A stretch of 62,888 bases of DNA, the filler included, from Choristocarpus tenellus KU-1152 (Eukaryota > Protista > Phaeophyceae): the NCBI GenBank assembly GCA_964200185.2. It is 9 parts of 9 records of this genome, joined end to end, with 100 filler letters (N's around TTAATTAATTAA, not from the genome) between each part and the next. Parts side by side here need not be neighbours in the genome. Positions count along the whole stretch, not along the records: positions 60,273 to 62,888 come from CAXNAD020026244.1; 8 more parts are not named here. One strand, given 5' to 3'. The first letter of the stretch is position 1. Every line of letters starts with the position of its first letter. Positions 60,920 to 62,888 of the stretch are shown one piece after another. The translations under genes were made by a program, and so were the position numbers. A model generated the notes under the pieces. The model was not told where the DNA came from. It saw only the letters and a list, made by a program, of their open reading frames with translations, and ran no database searches.

Positions 60920-61028
60920 CACCTACTCCGAAATATTTTGGAGTAGGAAAATGCCATAAAAAACCCCAAGGGCAGCCAAACCCAAATGAACAGAGCAAAA
61001 CTCGGACCCTCTGAGATACTTTCACTCT
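60920..61028 (-). mobile_element. MITE family B fragment abutting the copia fragment
   Basis: cacctactccgaaatattttggagtaggaaaatg ... ccctctgagatactttcactc. Confidence 0.8.
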
Positions 61029-61159
61029 GGTACGATCGATAACGAGCAGGAACTGGAGGTCAAGGGGGATACTTTGGGTACCTGGTATGCCATGCCGAAT
61101 ATTGAGCAGTTGGACCCTGTGACAAAATCATGGGGATTATCGAGGAAATGCAATGCAAC

Positions 61160-61191
<32 letters not shown>

Positions 61192-61437
61192 ACGATAATC
61201 TGCCTATGGATCTGGAGCAGTCATCACAACACTTGTCCCTCAAGGGGCATGCCCATCGATTGGAGACCCCAAGATTCTTGCTTACGGAATGAAAAAAGCA
61301 ATTGCTGTACCTGCCACTAGGGGAGCAGGACATTAGCAGGAGCAGTAACTAACTCTCCACCAGAAGGGAAAGGAGGAGCTAACCGCGGTGAGCCTGGGAG
61401 GGGGGGAGGACGAAGGCGAATCTCCAGCGGCGACTAA

Positions 61438-61616
61438 GGCTCAAAGTATCTGGGGGGGGTGGCGGCTGTCCATTTGGGATCAATTTTATCATGTCGTCAT
61501 TTTTGGATGATTTGGTTGCATATGTCGGATGGGTAATGTAAATGCATTTCTCCTGATTTTTCCCAAATGGACACCCTGGTGTAGACCCCCCCCCCCCCTC
61601 CCAGATAATTTGGGTC
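61438..61616 (-). mobile_element. MITE family A, reverse orientation
   Basis: ggctcaaagtatctgggggggg ... cccagataatttgggtc. Confidence 0.88.
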
Positions 61617-62866
61617 CCAAGGCTAAAGTGGTGGGGTCTGATTCAGTAGGTCCTACTTCCAGTCCTGCCAGCGCAATCCCAGAAAAGCCCAGCGACGAAC
61701 TACCCTCTACTGGATCAGAGGGGAGACCTTTGCCCCAGGTTTCCCCTATTCCCCTATTCCCCTCCCTCCAAAAAAAATGCCAGACGGTTGGGTCCCACTA
61801 TATCTTCTCCTGTTTACAGTGTATGGACCCCCGTCAAATGATGTGCTCCAAGATTTTTCATGAGTATGAATGAAGGACTTCCACATCCTCATGTGACTTA
61901 ACCAAGGATGGGTGGTCGGTGGAGTCCTCTTCAATGGAGGGTGTGGTGGCAATGAGGAGGTTCAGGCTAGCAGCAAACCCAGGATAGAGGAGGAGTCGAC
62001 AGCAGTTATGGAGGGCTGCTGAGGAGGACTTGAAGATGAGATGGAAGCAGAGTCAAGAAAAAAAAAGTAGGATGGAAGACCACATTTTTAGTGCCCTCGT
62101 ATCCACATTGGATGATGCGGCTAGAGACATGAGGAGACACGTAGACATAATGGAAGAAAAGGCTACTGCTACGGAAGATTGGCGCAAATTTGACGGAATG
62201 CTCAAGATTGCTAAGCAAGCTTGGAGGACTGTGAGAAGAGTGGTGATACTGTTCGGGTAGAATTCTGTAGGAAACGGTATGAGCAACTGGTGGCAGTGAG
62301 GCTGGATGAGAATATCGGTGATGCTGGGATGATGTTGGGAAGTGGTGGGGCAGTGGTGAAGGGGGGCTCAGGGGATTTAGAGCCAGACAGTGGCGAAGGA
62401 GGGGTTGACTTGGAAGCTTTGGGGACAGGCAGCAGTAGCGGGGGGACAGACTTGGGGAATCAGTTGTGACAACACAGCTGTCAGTGTAGTGATCAGTAGT
62501 CTTTTACAACGGTGCCATGCACGTAGCTGTACAATCATCGCACTGGACGGCATTGGCAAATCTTTGTTTGAATTTGAGGTAATTTGTTATTGAATGGAAT
62601 ATATTTTTGTGTAACGTTCTCTTATCTCGAGCTTCTGATGCATAACCAAACAAAGCTGTAAGCCCTGACCTTGCATCATGACCTCAAGCAAGGTTAAAGT
62701 AACGATGGTGATCCCAGCGCTCTTTAGAAGGTTGGTTAGGGTATAATATTATCCACTACTCAGAACGAAGTGACCTGCTCTTGTCCATGAGGACAAACTT
62801 TACCTATATACATTGTCAACAACCAGTGGCAATTAATTATTCATTTTGACTGTTGACTCTCAATCA

Positions 62867-62888
62867 GGGTCAAAGTATCTGGGGGGAG
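62867..62888. mobile_element. MITE A TIR at window end
   Basis: gggtcaaagtatctggggggag. Confidence 0.75.

Noticed and set aside
61990-62470. Coiled-coil/Gly-rich ORFs (62030-62260, 62221-62469)
   Set aside because: Coding-like composition but frameshifted, with no convincing splice sites or family motif; possibly a decayed element.
1-62888. Functional gene cluster (sulfotransferase + ABC + NTT + phosphatase + Patched)
   Set aside because: The genes lie on separate contigs joined artificially, so co-location is not evidence.

Overview
Eukaryotic, intron-rich DNA, most likely a stramenopile and probably a brown alga or close relative. This is inferred from a mastigoneme-type EGF protein, TTAGGG repeats and the gene architecture. 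The window is not contiguous: it is nine short contigs joined by eight artificial 100-bp linkers (44N-TTAATTAATTAA-44N), so adjacency across linkers has no meaning. Manual exon reconstruction supports: (1) a 5.1-kb intronless ORF encoding a disordered, IQ-like protein, head-to-head with (2) a secreted protein of at least 10 exons with mastigoneme-like EGF/CPKGDDP modules followed by Gly-rich beta-helix/fibre-like repeats; (3) a Patched/NPC1-type sterol-sensing-domain gene fragment; (4) the 3' end of a TLC/NTT nucleotide-transporter-family gene; (5) a sulfotransferase-like gene; (6) an ABCB half-transporter fragment; (7) the 5' part of a histidine acid phosphatase gene. Three of 26 reconstructed splice donors appear to be GC. 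The non-coding space is dominated by a clan of MITEs: at least three internal families share a GRSYCAAAGTA-type terminal inverted repeat and mostly 3-bp target-site duplications. There are also decayed copia, CRE-like, mariner and possibly KDZ elements, satellites and interstitial telomeric repeats. Most short ORFs in the supplied track are noise or pieces of exons. No rRNA, tRNA or CRISPR array is supported. All family calls are from motif recognition by eye, not database searches.
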